DNA of 63,274 nucleotides, the filler included, from Reticulomyxa filosa (taxonomy: Eukaryota > Protista > Foraminifera): NCBI GenBank assembly GCA_000512085.1. It is 26 parts of 26 records of this genome, joined end to end, with 100 filler letters (N's around TTAATTAATTAA, not from the genome) between each part and the next. Parts side by side here need not be neighbours in the genome. Positions count along the whole stretch, not along the records: positions 21,084 to 26,859 come from ASPP01026415.1; positions 26,960 to 29,473 come from ASPP01012738.1; positions 29,574 to 31,294 come from ASPP01025440.1; positions 31,395 to 34,560 come from ASPP01021923.1; positions 34,661 to 36,637 come from ASPP01000162.1; positions 36,738 to 38,149 come from ASPP01020025.1; 20 more parts are not named here. One strand, 5' to 3'. The translations under genes were made by a program, and so were the position numbers. Each line of letters begins with the position of its first letter. Positions within the stretch are counted from its first letter, which is position 1. This document shows positions 24,761 through 38,149 of this stretch, one piece after another. Below the pieces are notes generated by a model. The model saw only the letters and a program-made list of their open reading frames with translations, was not told where the DNA came from and did not search any database.

Positions 24761-26998
24761 AAAAAATAAATGGAAAAAATTTTTATTTGAAAAAGATTGA
24801 GAAATGGAAAAAAATAAAAAGAATGATAAATGGAAAAATATAAAGAATTAGAAAAAAAAAATGAAAAATGTTGAAAAATGAAAAAAAAAGTTTGCAATTG
24901 GAAAAAGTAAAAAAGATTAAAAAGAGAATAAATGAAAAAGTTAAAAAGATAAAATGATAAAAAGTAAAAGGGAAAAAGAAGGGAAAAATGAAAAGAAGAA
25001 TGGAGTAAAATAAGAAAAAGGAGAAGATGAAGAGCGAAGACTGTTTGCTATAAAGTCTTAATTTGGTGGAAGGTGAGCGAAATTCAAGAAACAACTGGTC
25101 GCTTATCGAAAAGTATCGTATACGTGAGTTATGAGCAATTTTGGCGTTAGATCGTGATTATGTCAATGGGATAAATCTTAACAACGAACCAGCTCAAGAA
25201 TGAATAAAAGTGGTACTCACTAAATCATCAAATCGCAAATAGAAATATTATATACGAAATACCGCTCAAAATGTGTCTTATCAAAAGGTAGAAGATTTTT
25301 CTTAATTACTAAGTCAATCTACTATAGTCACCAAGAAGAAAAAGAAAGATATTGCGATACGCTCAAGGTAGAAAAGATGGTGTCGCAGCGAAAATTGGAA
25401 ATAATTGGCAATTGAGAAGACATGAGACGTTCAATGTGCTAGTGTTCAACTTGGAGAGATTGTGCGAAATTTCGTCAGTATACTGACAATCGAGAAAATG
25501 AATAGAAAAAAAAGGATGATGATAATGAAGAAAAGAAAGCAATATCGAAAGGTTATCGAGTTGGGTCTGTTTTTTTAAAAAAATGTTTGCAGATTTACTG
25601 AGTGTGAACATGCACTGGATCTTCACGTCCGCGAGTGTAGATTTCGTGTTTCTAGGCTTTACTACCTTCACACAGAACGCCCCGACTAAGACAATGGAGA
25701 AGTGTGTGGAAATATCTAGAAGTGATACCGGACATTTGAAAAGAACTTGGCAATCATATGTGCACGCAAGTATCTGTGCCACCGCAAAGAGTGAATCAAG
25801 CTGCGATTTATATGTCCTAACAAGCAAATGAAGAGCAAGTTATAAAAATGACTCTAACTACTAGTGTCAAAACTGGCCGTTACGTACGCAAATTCGCAAC
25901 ATTGGTTTTTTATTCGTCCGTGTGCTGATGTGGGAATGGTAAGATCGCGAGTGGCATAAACATGAATGATGATAAATAGAAAGATAGAACTGGCTCAGCT
26001 TGGCAAAGATCATTGACATTTATTCGACCGACACAAGGCATTCTATTCTTGCAGCGATGATCTCGTATATACTGTGAACAACAGACAGCGTGTTGGATGC
26101 GATACAATACTTTGTATTGTTGCATTATCACAGTACTTGGAGGACAACGAAAGACAGGTCCCAAATTGAGTGGATTCGAATCGAAGTGGTTTTAACTTGA
26201 GAATCGCATAGCGAGCTCAAAAATCGTTGAACCTTGTTACTCAGTCAAATAATGAAGAAAAAAATAAGAATTGTATTTATTCATGCCATTAAATCTCTCA
26301 TCCAAATATTATCGAATGGATGCACGGCGATGGATGCAAACATTTTTAAGAACGGCCATTATGACTCCAATGTGTCTCTTCTCATAAGAACAGCAAGACT
26401 GGAAGAGCCTCGTATTTTGAAAATATCCATCACAAGATGGCATTGGAATAGTTGTCCACAGTTCAATCGTGGACAATACTTCCGGTAAGTTTGCTTTCGT
26501 AGTTGGGCAGCACCAAGATCTAGAAAGAAAAATTTGAAAATATCACGCAAAACGAAAACGATATGAACATCACCGTGTCCACATTGCATCAGCGATTGTA
26601 TTAATAGAAGAAATGGAAAAGATGGAAGGTAAAGAAAAAAAGAGATCCTGACGTTGTATGAAATAATCACATATGGCGGTCAAGTAAGCCACTTTCACAT
26701 GGAATTATTATTCTGGTGTTGTTATGGCTCCAATTTAGTGGATTATTTTTGCGATTCTCAAGTCAAGACCATTGGCAAATCAAAAGAAGAGGATGATTTC
26801 GAAAAAGAGGATTACAAGGCCATACAGTCGTTGGATTTATTTTAAAATGAAAAAAAAAANNNNNNNNNNNNNNNNNNNNNNNNNNNNNNNNNNNNNNNNN
26901 NNNTTAATTAATTAANNNNNNNNNNNNNNNNNNNNNNNNNNNNNNNNNNNNNNNNNNNNTTTATTGGTTTTTTTTTTTTTTTTTTTTTTAAGTTGAAA

Positions 26999-27607
26999 TC
27001 AGTCAATTTCCATAAAAAAAGTATCTTTGGCATCGTCATCTTTCTTATCATTATTGTCATCATCTCTGTCATGTTCATGTATGTCATTGTCGCTACCTTC
27101 ATCAATATTACAAGTAGTACTAGCAACGGTAGAAGTAGAAGTGTGAGAACGAGAGAGAGATGTGTCTTTAGTGCAAGAATGATGCAAGAGTTGGTGGAGC
27201 CAACAGTCTTTCCATACAAAAGCAAGTTGTTTGACATGAACAGGGAGATGACAATTTTCAAGACATTGTGTAAAAAAGATATCTTTAAGCAAAGGGTTGG
27301 CCCTTTGCCACAAGTGAAAAGCTTGTTTGAGAATATGTGTATAAGGATTCCACCGAATCGAAAGTGAGATACTTTGGTGTTGGCACTCAATTTGATGCCA
27401 CCACCCAAAAGGAATATACAAAGCGTCATTTGCATGAATGATACCTTGTTGACAAACAACATCGTCAAACAGAGGATACTTCTCCAAGTCCGGTTTGTGT
27501 ACATTGTCGACCATTGATTGTCGTCGATGTTTGGACTCAATAGGATAGGGGTAGCATTTGTTCATTGACCCATCATTCCATTCACAAACAAGTTACATTT
27601 TTGCTTA

Positions 27608-27650
<43 letters not shown>

Positions 27651-28390
27651 TTGACAAAACAATTTTTTTATAATTTTTAAAAATACAATTACTGACCGGC
27701 GATTTGAAAAAGTAATCCCTCACACAAGTCAAAGTGCAGTGGTGAGCACGTTGGCTTAGTAGAAATCCAAAGCAAGACGTCGTCGGAAGACAATTGCGTA
27801 GACGCGAGTTGATTTTTGAGGAAATTGGGCTTTTCAATGAAAGGCAACAATGCTGGTGGCATGGGCTGGCCATAGAGATAGTAGGACTCTTTTGCACTTA
27901 ACACACACTTTTTTTTTTTATTTGTGATGCTTTCTTCTTCTTCGGTTGCTGCTGCTGTTGACACATGTGTAACAAAGTCGTGCCACTCCATTGATGTTCG
28001 CACTTGTATTGCTTGTGTCAAGGGGGTAGTTGATGGCATCTTTTTTTCTTCTTTTTCTTTTTCCTTTTCTTTTTCTTCATTCGATTTCGGCTTCTGATTG
28101 TCTGAATCCTCGTAATATAAAAAATGATTTTCTGGATGTGTCGTTACAAATACATTCGACAACTTGTAGGCTGAGGGTATATGCTGAGATAAAAAATTTA
28201 ATGCGCTTCTCACGTCTTCACCATCACTGTTGTCTTTTTTTAGAGGCTTCCATAAATTCATATTCCGAAGTATCGCTGGCTTGTTTGACCCAACTAATGA
28301 ATCAAACATTTCACAAGTGCATTCAGATGCATCGATTTCTGATATAAATGTGTCTTTCGATTTCACTGCTCTCTTGGACCATAGTGACAT
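26999..28390 (-). CDS. JmjC (Cupin_8-type) Fe(II)/2OG dioxygenase
   Basis: NKPAILRN...LWIS...SPLHFDLCEGLLFQIAG, intron at about 27610-27696, then ALYIPFGWWHQIEC (HxD...H triad). One apparent frameshift near 27575. Confidence 0.88.
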
Positions 28391-29448
28391 CTTTTTTTAT
28401 TTGTTCTTTCAGGTTATGAACCGCTTTTTTTTCAAGCGAAACGTCTCCCTTTTTAAAAAACCAAAACCGTTGCGAATACTTTGTGTCTTGATTAGAAATG
28501 ACATCCTTTTCAATCAAAAATTGAAATATTAATTGACAAGCTTAAAAAAAATTTGGAATAGTGTTAATCAAAAAGTTGTTTAACAAGAATATACAATGAA
28601 TTGACAGATATCTCATTACAATATTTTCTTGCTTACTGTGCAAGAAGGATAGCAAAAACTCTTCATCTAGGAATTCTTTTTGTTAAATTTTTCTTTATTC
28701 TATGCCGTATAATAGTACGATAAGAATAAGGATAAATCACCCGAATAAGAGAATGCCCTCTTCTGGATCATATGAGCAAGTGTTTAAATCTTATGCACTG
28801 ATGAATAAAATACCACAATTTTAATTATATCAAAAGACGACATTGTAATAAATAGCACTTATTTATGTACAAAAGGTGCAACGTTTACCAAAGGCTCGTT
28901 TTTGCTGTTTTCTGGAGTGTGTAAGAAAAAAGATTTGCTGACTCAATTTGCTGCTCAAACTAATGTAACAAAAAGATGAAGCAATAATAGTAGGGGAAAA
29001 TACCAATGATTGTAAAAAAAAAAGTGATAAAATAAAATACAATTTGAAATAAATAAATTAAATGTAGTTAAAAAAATAAAGTAAGAACAAAATAAATAAT
29101 GAAAAAAATAATAATAAATAGTTAAAAAAGGTATTGAAATAAATAATAAATATTGAGAAAATAAGAGGAAATAGACTAAAATACAATAGTTTGCAAAAAA
29201 ATACTAAATCTAAAATGCTACTATATTAATATCTTAAAAAATTTTTTCACTTTTCAGTTTTTGAATTTTGTAATGTCTATTTTTATTTTGATTTTTTTTA
29301 AGAAGGAGCAAACATTTGAAACATTTTATTAAAGGTGTTGTTGCATATGTATTATTTCGTGATATGTAGAAAAGCTAAATATTTGAAAAAATTATTAAGT
29401 GTCGAAAACGAAATTAAAGTTTATTATTTGTTAATTAGATTCAATTTG

Positions 29449-29473
29449 AAGAAAACTGAACGCCTAAAACGAT
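29449..29473 (+). mobile_element. Fragment of the foldback MITE at a contig end
   Basis: 25 bp (AAGAAAACTGAACGCCTAAAACGAT) identical to the reverse complement of the right arm of 52251-52378. Confidence 0.6.
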
Positions 29474-30987
29474 NNNNNNNNNNNNNNNNNNNNNNNNNNN
29501 NNNNNNNNNNNNNNNNNTTAATTAATTAANNNNNNNNNNNNNNNNNNNNNNNNNNNNNNNNNNNNNNNNNNNNATCTCCAGGTGAAGATTGTTTGAGAGT
29601 GAAGTGAAAATGTATTGGATGTGAGGACTTTTGGAAAAGAATTATTTGTCATTGATTTATTTTTATTTAGCCAATGATATGTTTGAAATTATTTTATTTC
29701 AAAAATTTTGTTGGTTTTTTCGTTTATTTGACAAACTATTTGGGAATATTTCTTTAAAAAGGTAATTTCATTCATTGTATCAAGCGTTAAGATTGATCTT
29801 TTTTTTAAAATGAGATTTATTGGTTCCAAAATGAATCAAACCAAATGCATTTCCCTTTTTCGAAAGTGAATCTGACCTCTACATGTGGATGTGATCCAAT
29901 TCATGTCTGGTATAAAAATATTTAAATGTGTTTGAATTATTTTAAATCGTTGTGAAATATGTGAAAATCAAGGAGATAGAAATTTGAATAGCACAAAACT
30001 TTTTTTATCATTTAAAAAGAAAGAATTTTTAAAATAGAGAATGATGTTTAAAAAAGAAATTCTACATTTTGTTTGTTATTGAAAAATACAATATAACAAA
30101 TATTGTTTTTCAAAGCAAATATTTATAATAATTATGATATTTGTAATATTTATTTTCCAAGATAATGACGTCTATTTTTTGCAATTGTTAGCAATAAGAA
30201 AATGATATTATGCTTCAAAATATTCTATAATATTCATTAATAATATTTTTGATCCAAAAAATACACTTGACAAATTTGTTGAAATGTATTTCATGAATAA
30301 AATCAAGAAAATTCTTTGTCTATGCAACAAAATTCTCTGTGTAAAATGAATTTATTATTATGTATAAAGTGCATCATATTTCTATTGCAATTATCCTTGC
30401 GTTCTTTTTTTGGAAATACCTTGTGAATAACAACAAAGAGTAGAATCAAATGTTTGTTTGTAAATCACATTTGTTTAACATAAACAAATATCTATTTTAA
30501 ACTTCTCGTCATACAACTCAGCAATTTTAGTAGACATAAAAGAGAATAAGCAACTGAATTGCACACGGTTACTACTCAAACGGCAGCAGGACTCTTTGCT
30601 TTAGAATTTGTTATCTGCTTTGACTATTTATTTCAATATTGTTAGAGAAAGAAGTACGTCAAGCAGGATAGATGATAATTGAACTCCATGACAAAAGGGG
30701 GTTTGAGGATTGTATGTTTAGGAACAGTTCAGTGTAAAAGTTTTCCAACTCCCCGCAAGTGTAAACAGGACAAAAAAAACAAGGAATAATTGTAATTGAT
30801 TTTTGTGAACTTGTATTATCTTTGAATAAAAATTCTGTGCTTATTTGTTTTTAAACTAACCTCCTTTCTCCATTTTTGTAAACTAAAATAAAAGGTTTTT
30901 TTTTGACAGAAATTCAACTACAAAAATTTTTTTTTGAAGTTTCAATTGCATATTATTAATAAAACAAAAAAAAGACATCAAAAGAAA

Positions 30988-31294
30988 ATGAAGCAAGCAA
31001 AGGAAGAAAACGCAAAAGATGACGTAAAGACTGAAATAGATTCGCTTTTACTCGAACATTCTTGCTTTAACAAAGACTGGATTTTACGATCCAACCAACA
31101 AGAATACATCAAACATTTTATTTGTTTGATTTGCAAACAAATTGTAAACAATCCTGTGGATATCGATTGTCCACAACACGAAAATACGGATGAAGTGCTA
31201 ATTGCTGGAGAGCATTGTCTAAAATTATTTCTTAAAAACAATTACAACTATTGTCCAATTCAACTACATGACAATTGTCAGTATTCAAGAAGCA
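30988..31294 (+). CDS. Atypical RING/TRAF-family protein N-terminus (paralog of 3571-4358; truncated)
   Basis: CFNKDWI...CLICKQIVNN...CPQH...GEHCL...CPIQLHDNC. Confidence 0.8.
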
Positions 31295-31431
31295 NNNNNN
31301 NNNNNNNNNNNNNNNNNNNNNNNNNNNNNNNNNNNNNNTTAATTAATTAANNNNNNNNNNNNNNNNNNNNNNNNNNNNNNNNNNNNNNNNNNNNCCGAAA
31401 ACATTTTTATATTGTCAACGTCATCAAATAT

Positions 31432-31608
31432 TAAAACGGAAAAAATGTCAACAAATTGCAATCATTAAAAAAAAAAGAAGACAAAAACAGTTAAACAATG
31501 GTATGTTTCAGTCGGCGCATCGCGCCGACTGAGATATACCATTGTTTACCTGTTTTTCCCTTCTTTTTTTTTAAATGATTGCAATTTGTTGACATTTTTT
31601 CCGTTTTA
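31432..31608. repeat. 177-bp imperfect palindrome (foldback element) with GC-rich apex CAGTCGGCGC-ATC-GCGCCGACTG
   Basis: Arms of about 87 bp are reverse complements with a few mismatches; centre at 31520. Confidence 0.9.
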
Positions 31609-32306
31609 TCTTTTGTATTTTTTTGTTTGCTTTGTTTGTTTTGTTTTTATTTTGTTGTTTTTTTTTGTTTGTTTTGTTATTTTATGTTTTTGTTGTGTTT
31701 TTTGTAAGTGTGCTGATTTTTTTTTTGTGTGTTGTGATTTATTTGTAAGTGTATTGTCGAATTATTTGTAGTTTTTTGCAAGCGTTCAAACATAGAAATA
31801 TATTATCTTAAGAGAGTATTTTCAATGTGTGCTTTATAAAATTTTGTGTGTTTTATTTGCGTGAAGCAATGCTGTAAATTAAGTTTTGTTATGAGTGGTA
31901 AAGTCTAAGGGAGATGTGGAAACCGTAGTGTGCTATGCTTTTCTCACAAGCATAGCTCACTTTTTTTTTGTTTACTTTAATGTTTGTTATCAATTTACTT
32001 TTTTTTGTTGAGCTTTGTTTTCTAACTAAGTTTCTACAATGCAACACTTAAGGTTTTTTTTAAAATTTTATCAATCTTGTTACATTTTAGATGCAATTTT
32101 TTTAATAAGAACTTATCTGTTCACTTTTGCTCTGCTGCAATTTATTGAAAAAAGCTAAAAACAAAAGCAAGCAATTATCAATATAAAGAGTACACAAGTG
32201 GTTTTTAAACGTACATAAGGATAATAGAAACTAATGAAAAAAGTTTAGAATATGAACTAGGTCTTAAACTTTTTTGTTAGTAAAAAACTCATTAAACTAA
32301 TTTGTC

Positions 32307-33099
32307 ATGTACTCACAGCAGTTTAAAATTTGGACACTTTCACATGTGATTGTTGGCTCTTCAGGTCATTTTTTGTGATATATTACATGGACTCCTGCTA
32401 TTGTTGAACATGAAAATTTTGGAAGGAAAGGGAGAACAAAAAATGTGCTAATAACAAAAAAAAGAAGTGGGAAAGACATCGCTTTTCAAAATTTTTGATG
32501 AGGGAATTCGAAGAGACACAGAAGCTGAAACCAAGAAGAGCAAAGCACGGCGGGGTGGTTCACTTCATGGTTCGCATGGTGGCCAAAGTACAGATTATAC
32601 AAGAAGAAGGGTTGAAATCAACGGCATCCCCGTGCTTGTGTCAATATGGGATACGGTTGGATTGAGCAAATATGAAACATTAACAACAAGGCATTTTACA
32701 CAAGCAGACGTGCTTTGGATCTTGTTTGATTTGACGAATACGGAATCATTGCAACGTGTGAAAGACTATTATTTGGTATGAAGGTATTGTGTCCCCTTTT
32801 TTTTTTTTTTCGAAAAAAAAAAAGAAAAAAAATAAATGACAATAAAAATGACAAAAATGATAACATAGCCAAAAACAAAAGACTATCTGTCTAGAAAACA
32901 TGCACAAGCGATAATCGTTGGAATGAAACTTGATTTGATCGATGACAAAAGTAGCAATAATCATAAATATACCAAAATCCACGAGGAAGCGATGACGTTA
33001 GCACAGAATAGTAAATCGGCATATTACGAAATGTCCATTTTTGATTCGTCAGCTATCTTGGAAAATTTTGATGCTGTCAATGAAGCCTTAATTGCATAG
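32307..33099 (+). CDS. Divergent Rab/Ras-superfamily small GTPase, 3 exons
   Basis: Predicted splicing gives G1 GSSEVGKTS, G3 WDTVGL, LFDLTNTESL, G4 VGMKLD, G5 YEMSI. Introns at about 32365-32464 and 32776-32868. Confidence 0.8.
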
Positions 33100-33768
33100 T
33101 TTTATATTGAGCCTGTTCTTATCTCAATTTTGCTGTTGGTTTTTTTTTTTTTTTGTATATTAATTTCTTATGGAAAGAAAAAAATTTTTTTATGTGTGTT
33201 TCGTTCCCTTTCCTCTTTCCTCCAGTGTCACAAATCACGGAAATAAAGATGATGATGAGTCAACTACCATTAGCCTACCGGAACATACAAAGCACAGCGC
33301 AAAAAAAAATTCGGGCTCGAGATGTTGTTAGTCGTATCTGTCGATCTTCTTGTTTTTCTCACTTTGCTTTATACAACTAAAATTATTTGCTATTTTTTTC
33401 TTAATATGTCCATTCTTTTTAAAGAGACAAAGATTATAACCTTAAAATAAAAATAGTCATTTTTTTCTTGCTCCTGTTATTGTCGCATATTTTCTTGATT
33501 TCGTTTGATGTTGTTATATTCATTGTTCCACCATTTATACAAACAAGCTGCTCCATATATTCTGGATTAAATATTTTTGAATTGGAAGCATTACTTTTTT
33601 GCTGAATTGAACTGTCATTGCTTTCATATAAACTACTTTCAGTAATAGTATTCATCATACTGTAACCTGTTCCACATCACATGGAAGCATTTTTAAGAGG
33701 TTCTTCACGGACAAAAAAAATTAAAGAATAACAATCAAATACCATCAGATGTCCCTATTTCCCACCAA

Positions 33769-34440
33769 TTGGTATGCTTTGTGTCTATAAGATGTATCTA
33801 TATTACATCGATTTGTTGGTTTGATGAACATGGATTGGGAAGCAGGATAAACCGCTATGCAGTGTACTGGACGATCAGCTTCATGTTGGTATATTTCACG
33901 TTCGTAATCTATAAAATCAATAGCTTCCGTACATTAGAAGTGCCATTTGCACGTACGGGTTCCTCGCACTTGCATCCGGAGGTTGTATTACAGCTTCCAA
34001 AGCGTAGCAGCTTAGTGCTTCCGCCTTTTACGCCGTCGGTATTGGCCTCGGGTTATTACGTGGAATACGTAAAAAAAACAACATAACATTTTCGAATAAA
34101 GTGGACGAATATATTACGCGTTGGCAGGACCTGATCCCAGTGGATCATTCGAAACGCTTCCAAGCACTTAATCGCGAACGAGAAGAGTGGGTTTTAAAAG
34201 CCCTCAAACATCGCAAGTCAGATTTGTCTTATACCGACCCGAGTTTCAATATGCCATGTCAGCCACAAAACTATCCCTTTTTGCGAACGTTTGGAAGGCA
34301 CGAATACTTGAGACTGCAAGAGGTGATGTCTTTCAACAATGGCACCGCCGTGTGGTTATTTTTGACACCAGCCGACAATTATTTCCCTGAAGAGCAAATG
34401 CCTTTGTATGAAAAAGAAAACGCCAATTCGATGTACTCAT
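33769..34440 (+). CDS. Putative type II membrane protein, N-terminal part
   Basis: Hydrophobic segment YAVYWTISFMLVYFTFVIY. ORFs 33769-34086 and 34101 onward join with a 1-nt A-run correction. Confidence 0.45.
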
Positions 34441-35911
34441 TATTTTTAAGCCGATTTATTTGTGTTTTCAACGATGGTTATCATTCTCAAAAAAATATTT
34501 TTTTTTTTTTTTCTTTTGTTTATTTGCTTTGTCCTTTTTATGGGGACGCTTACAACTCAGNNNNNNNNNNNNNNNNNNNNNNNNNNNNNNNNNNNNNNNN
34601 NNNNTTAATTAATTAANNNNNNNNNNNNNNNNNNNNNNNNNNNNNNNNNNNNNNNNNNNNATTCAGACATCTTCACAAAAAAAAGTTTCCAACTATATCA
34701 ATTAGTTAAAATGCAAAAAAAATATTTCAAAAAAAGTTTTGTAAAGGTTGATATATGAACATTTCAGAATACACACTTTTAATTGGTACTTATTTTCGTT
34801 TTTCGATTTGCTGTTTTGGATTGGTACATTATCTATGAATAATTGTTGCAATAACCTTTTTTGATTGAATACATTATTTTTGCTTCAAGTAGAATTATGT
34901 ACTATTTTACATTTAAATGCTGAAGTAATCGCTTTGGCTGGTATAACAAGTTTATGAAAATATATAGTACATAAATCAAGTAGAACAATAACAAATCTAA
35001 TAAATGAACGTAAAAAAATAAAAAATTTTAAACGTGGGTATCTAAAAAATTGACTAAATGTTAGTTTTACAGGTGTGGTCCGCTCTTTGGAAGCAGATTC
35101 AGTTTTTTCTTCAAGGATTTACACAAAACGAACTTTTATGTTGTTCGCCACAAATAGTGGAACATCACAATTGATAACAGTTGCAGTTGGCTCATCTAGA
35201 GTTTATTGGTTTATTGACTAATAATAGAAATTTGTTGCTATTTTATGATTTTTTTTTTAACCGCGTACTTGTACAAGCTTACTTGGCCGTGACACATCTA
35301 CGAAGTATAAACTAAGAAATGATGTTGGTATTGTGTATAATATGGAATAAATTATTTAATTCATTACAACTACAGGCAATTTGTATACTTTAGGCTCATA
35401 TTTTTTAATAGAGTTTTGGCATATGCATATGCCAAAGACATTCCATATACTATCGAGCCTAAAAAAAAAATAAGTGAAACTTATGAATAAAATTATATGA
35501 TGATGTAATGACAAGAACATTATAATATGAATTTTGTCTTCTAAGCAAATTTCAATAAAACATAAAAGTGGATCAAACAAAAGATATTTAAAAAAATGAC
35601 TCTTTCATTTAATGAGTAACATTTGATTGCTCTTTGTGAATACATACAATTACGTATTATCACAAGTGTTATATTTTTAAACAGTATTATCTAAAACTGT
35701 TTTATTTTATTAGCTATTCATTTTTTTTCTTAAAAATGTTGCGATCACCCGATGACACTAATGAGGCATCTACCTTTGATCCCTAACAGGAGAAAAAAAA
35801 ACGGAAGCTACTGCTTTTTTTTTTTTTTTTGCAACTTCTAGGTTTTGTACAAGAACAGCACGTAGTTTTTTTCCCGTTCCCGCTTTCTACGAAACACAAC
35901 CACAGTATAGA

Positions 35912-36221
35912 ATGACTAAATACGAAAGACCAACAAAGCGACCAGAAGGCCGTTTCTACGGTTTCCATCATTGTGAGTTTTTGGTATCCAATGCCAGACA
36001 AGCAGCCGACTGGATGTGCTTGCGCTATGGGTTTACCCGAGTCGGGTTTTTGGGTCTTGAGACAAGTGCCGCCGTGGAGAACGCAGGCACGAACGGCAAA
36101 AAGCCCGGAAAGACGTTCAACCCAGTGTTGAACGGACGAAACTACGCCTCACACGTGGTGAGACAAGGCAGAGTTAAGTGTAAACTATTCTACCATTGGG
36201 GGTTTGGGTGGGAGTGTCAAG

Positions 36222-36253
<32 letters not shown>

Positions 36254-36612
36254 GCAAATGCGCGATAAATTTTTTTTTTTTTTGAACGAATGCAGATAGT
36301 ACTGACGTATACTTCACCCTTACTTCCAGTTTCAAATGAAGATACATTATTTATTGCGAAACATGGTGATGCTGTAAAAGATGTTGCATTTGAGGTGGAC
36401 GATGCAAAAGGAATCTGGAAGAAGGCAGTCGAGAGAGGAGCGGTGAGCATAAAAGCTCCTGCTGTGTATGAGGATGAGCACGGCCAAGTGATAATGGCAT
36501 CCTTGAAAACATATGGTGACTGTATCCACACTTTGATTCAACGTACAACCTATTCTGGTCCTTTCTTGCCTGGTTATGTGGCCGTTCAGTCTGGTGATGA
36601 CCCTTTGAACGT
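35912..36612 (+). CDS. HPD: 4-hydroxyphenylpyruvate dioxygenase, N-terminal half (3' truncated)
   Basis: FHHCEFLVSNARQAA, GLET, ASHVVRQG, KHGDAVKDVAFEVDD, YGDCIHTLIQR, GPFLPGY; intron at about 36172-36295. Confidence 0.95.
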
Positions 36613-36764
36613 TGAGTTTTTTTTTTTTTTTTTTTTTNNNNNNNNNNNNNNNNNNNNNNNNNNNNNNNNNNNNNNNNNNNNTTAATTAATTAANNNNNNN
36701 NNNNNNNNNNNNNNNNNNNNNNNNNNNNNNNNNNNNNATATATATTTATATAAAAGTTAATAAA

Positions 36765-37250
36765 TACCTTTTCCTAAAACTCGACGGGCAAAACGATCAA
36801 GAACTTGCACGTTTGTGCTATATGCTTTGATGAGCAAATCCCAATTGCTTTCTAGGTCATCCTTGCTGAGCTTCAAATCCTTCAAACTTGCTGCTTCGGA
36901 CGACGGATCGGTTGCTTGATTTTTGGCCTCGGACTGCTCTTCGTCCAGACGATACAACACTTGCAATTGCGTGTGCAGCTCTTCATAGTAGAGAAACACA
37001 TTTTTCGCGCTGATTCGCTTGTTCGGTTTCTCCGACCCTTTTTGAATCGGCGTATCAATACTCGTGACCTTGCTGCTCTTCGCGGAAGCGCTTTCCAATG
37101 GCTCCGGCACTTTCTGTTCCAATCTGTCAAGTTTCTCGTCGCTCTCTTCTTTCTTTGGCGCTTCGTCACCACTTACCAAACTTTGCTTCTTATTCTTGTA
37201 TGACTCCATATCCAATGGCTTACCTTCCAATGTTAGCGACGCCCGTTTTT
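36765..37250 (-). CDS. Hypothetical protein exon (charged)
   Basis: 157-aa ORF with coding-like composition, flanked by AT-rich intron-like sequence. Confidence 0.55.
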
Positions 37251-37949
37251 GAAACTTTTTTTTGTTTTTGGAATATAAATATGTGTGGAAAAATTTTTAA
37301 CTTGATCATCCTTTATAATCGATCACTGACCCCCTTATCTTTTAAAAAAATTTTCCAGAAGGGGGGGTAGCAAAAAAAAAAAAAAAAACTCTCAACATAT
37401 GCAAACTCACTTTTCGGTAACGCGTGTACTGATAATAAGTTGCCATTCCGACAGCACATAGACATGTCGAGACAATACCAGCAATTATTAGATACATCAC
37501 TACATATGGTCCGTTTGTGTTTTATTTAGTTGCGCTTTTCATCTTTTTTTTGTTTTTTTCAAGAGGGAAAAAAATTTTGGGGTATGAAAACTTGCCAAGG
37601 CTCCATGAGAAATGAAAAAAGCTCCATTTCAGCACAGTCCATGTTCCTTTTTCGACAGGATTCAGTTCAATATGAATTTTCACCATGTATCAGGACAAAA
37701 TTGCTAATGAAGGATTTTTTTTTTTTTTAGTTTGTTTAAAAGACACTTTCTAGATTTTTGATTCATTAAGCAAAAGAACATGTAAAGACTATAACTTTTT
37801 TTTGTGTTTAACATTTTTAAATTAAAGTTAGTTATCTGACTTCAAATTATTTACAATCGAAACTGAAAAAAGGTTCCCTTGTGACGGTGTCATAGTTTAT
37901 ATTACCGAACTAATAATAATTTTGTTCAATATTTCCTTTACATTAACAG

Positions 37950-38149
37950 TTTGATTGATGGATTTCAAAAATAAATGGACATAATGGTTAGATATCTAGT
38001 TGGTTACTTGAAGGAATTGCAATGAAATTGAATGAAACACAAATCGATTCTGTTTTCACATATTTAATCAATGGACTCAAAGGTAACAGTAAATGGAATC
38101 GTAACTTGTATGCAAAGTATATTGGATATCTTTCAATGAAATTAAACAA
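37950..38149 (+). pseudogene. HEAT/armadillo-like helical repeat fragment
   Basis: EGIAMKLNETQIDSVFTYLINGLKGNSKWNRNLYAKYIGYLSMKLN; repeat unit (xMKLN) of about 39 aa; a stop lies upstream. Confidence 0.5.

Noticed and set aside
25040-26850. Coding-like degenerate region, possibly an RNF213-like remnant
   Set aside because: No diagnostic motif could be recovered by eye; it needs a TBLASTN/HMM search
3571-34100. Frameshifts in A/T runs of otherwise intact genes, considered as programmed frameshifting
   Set aside because: They are better explained by homopolymer sequencing errors; they go in both directions and share no slippery-site context
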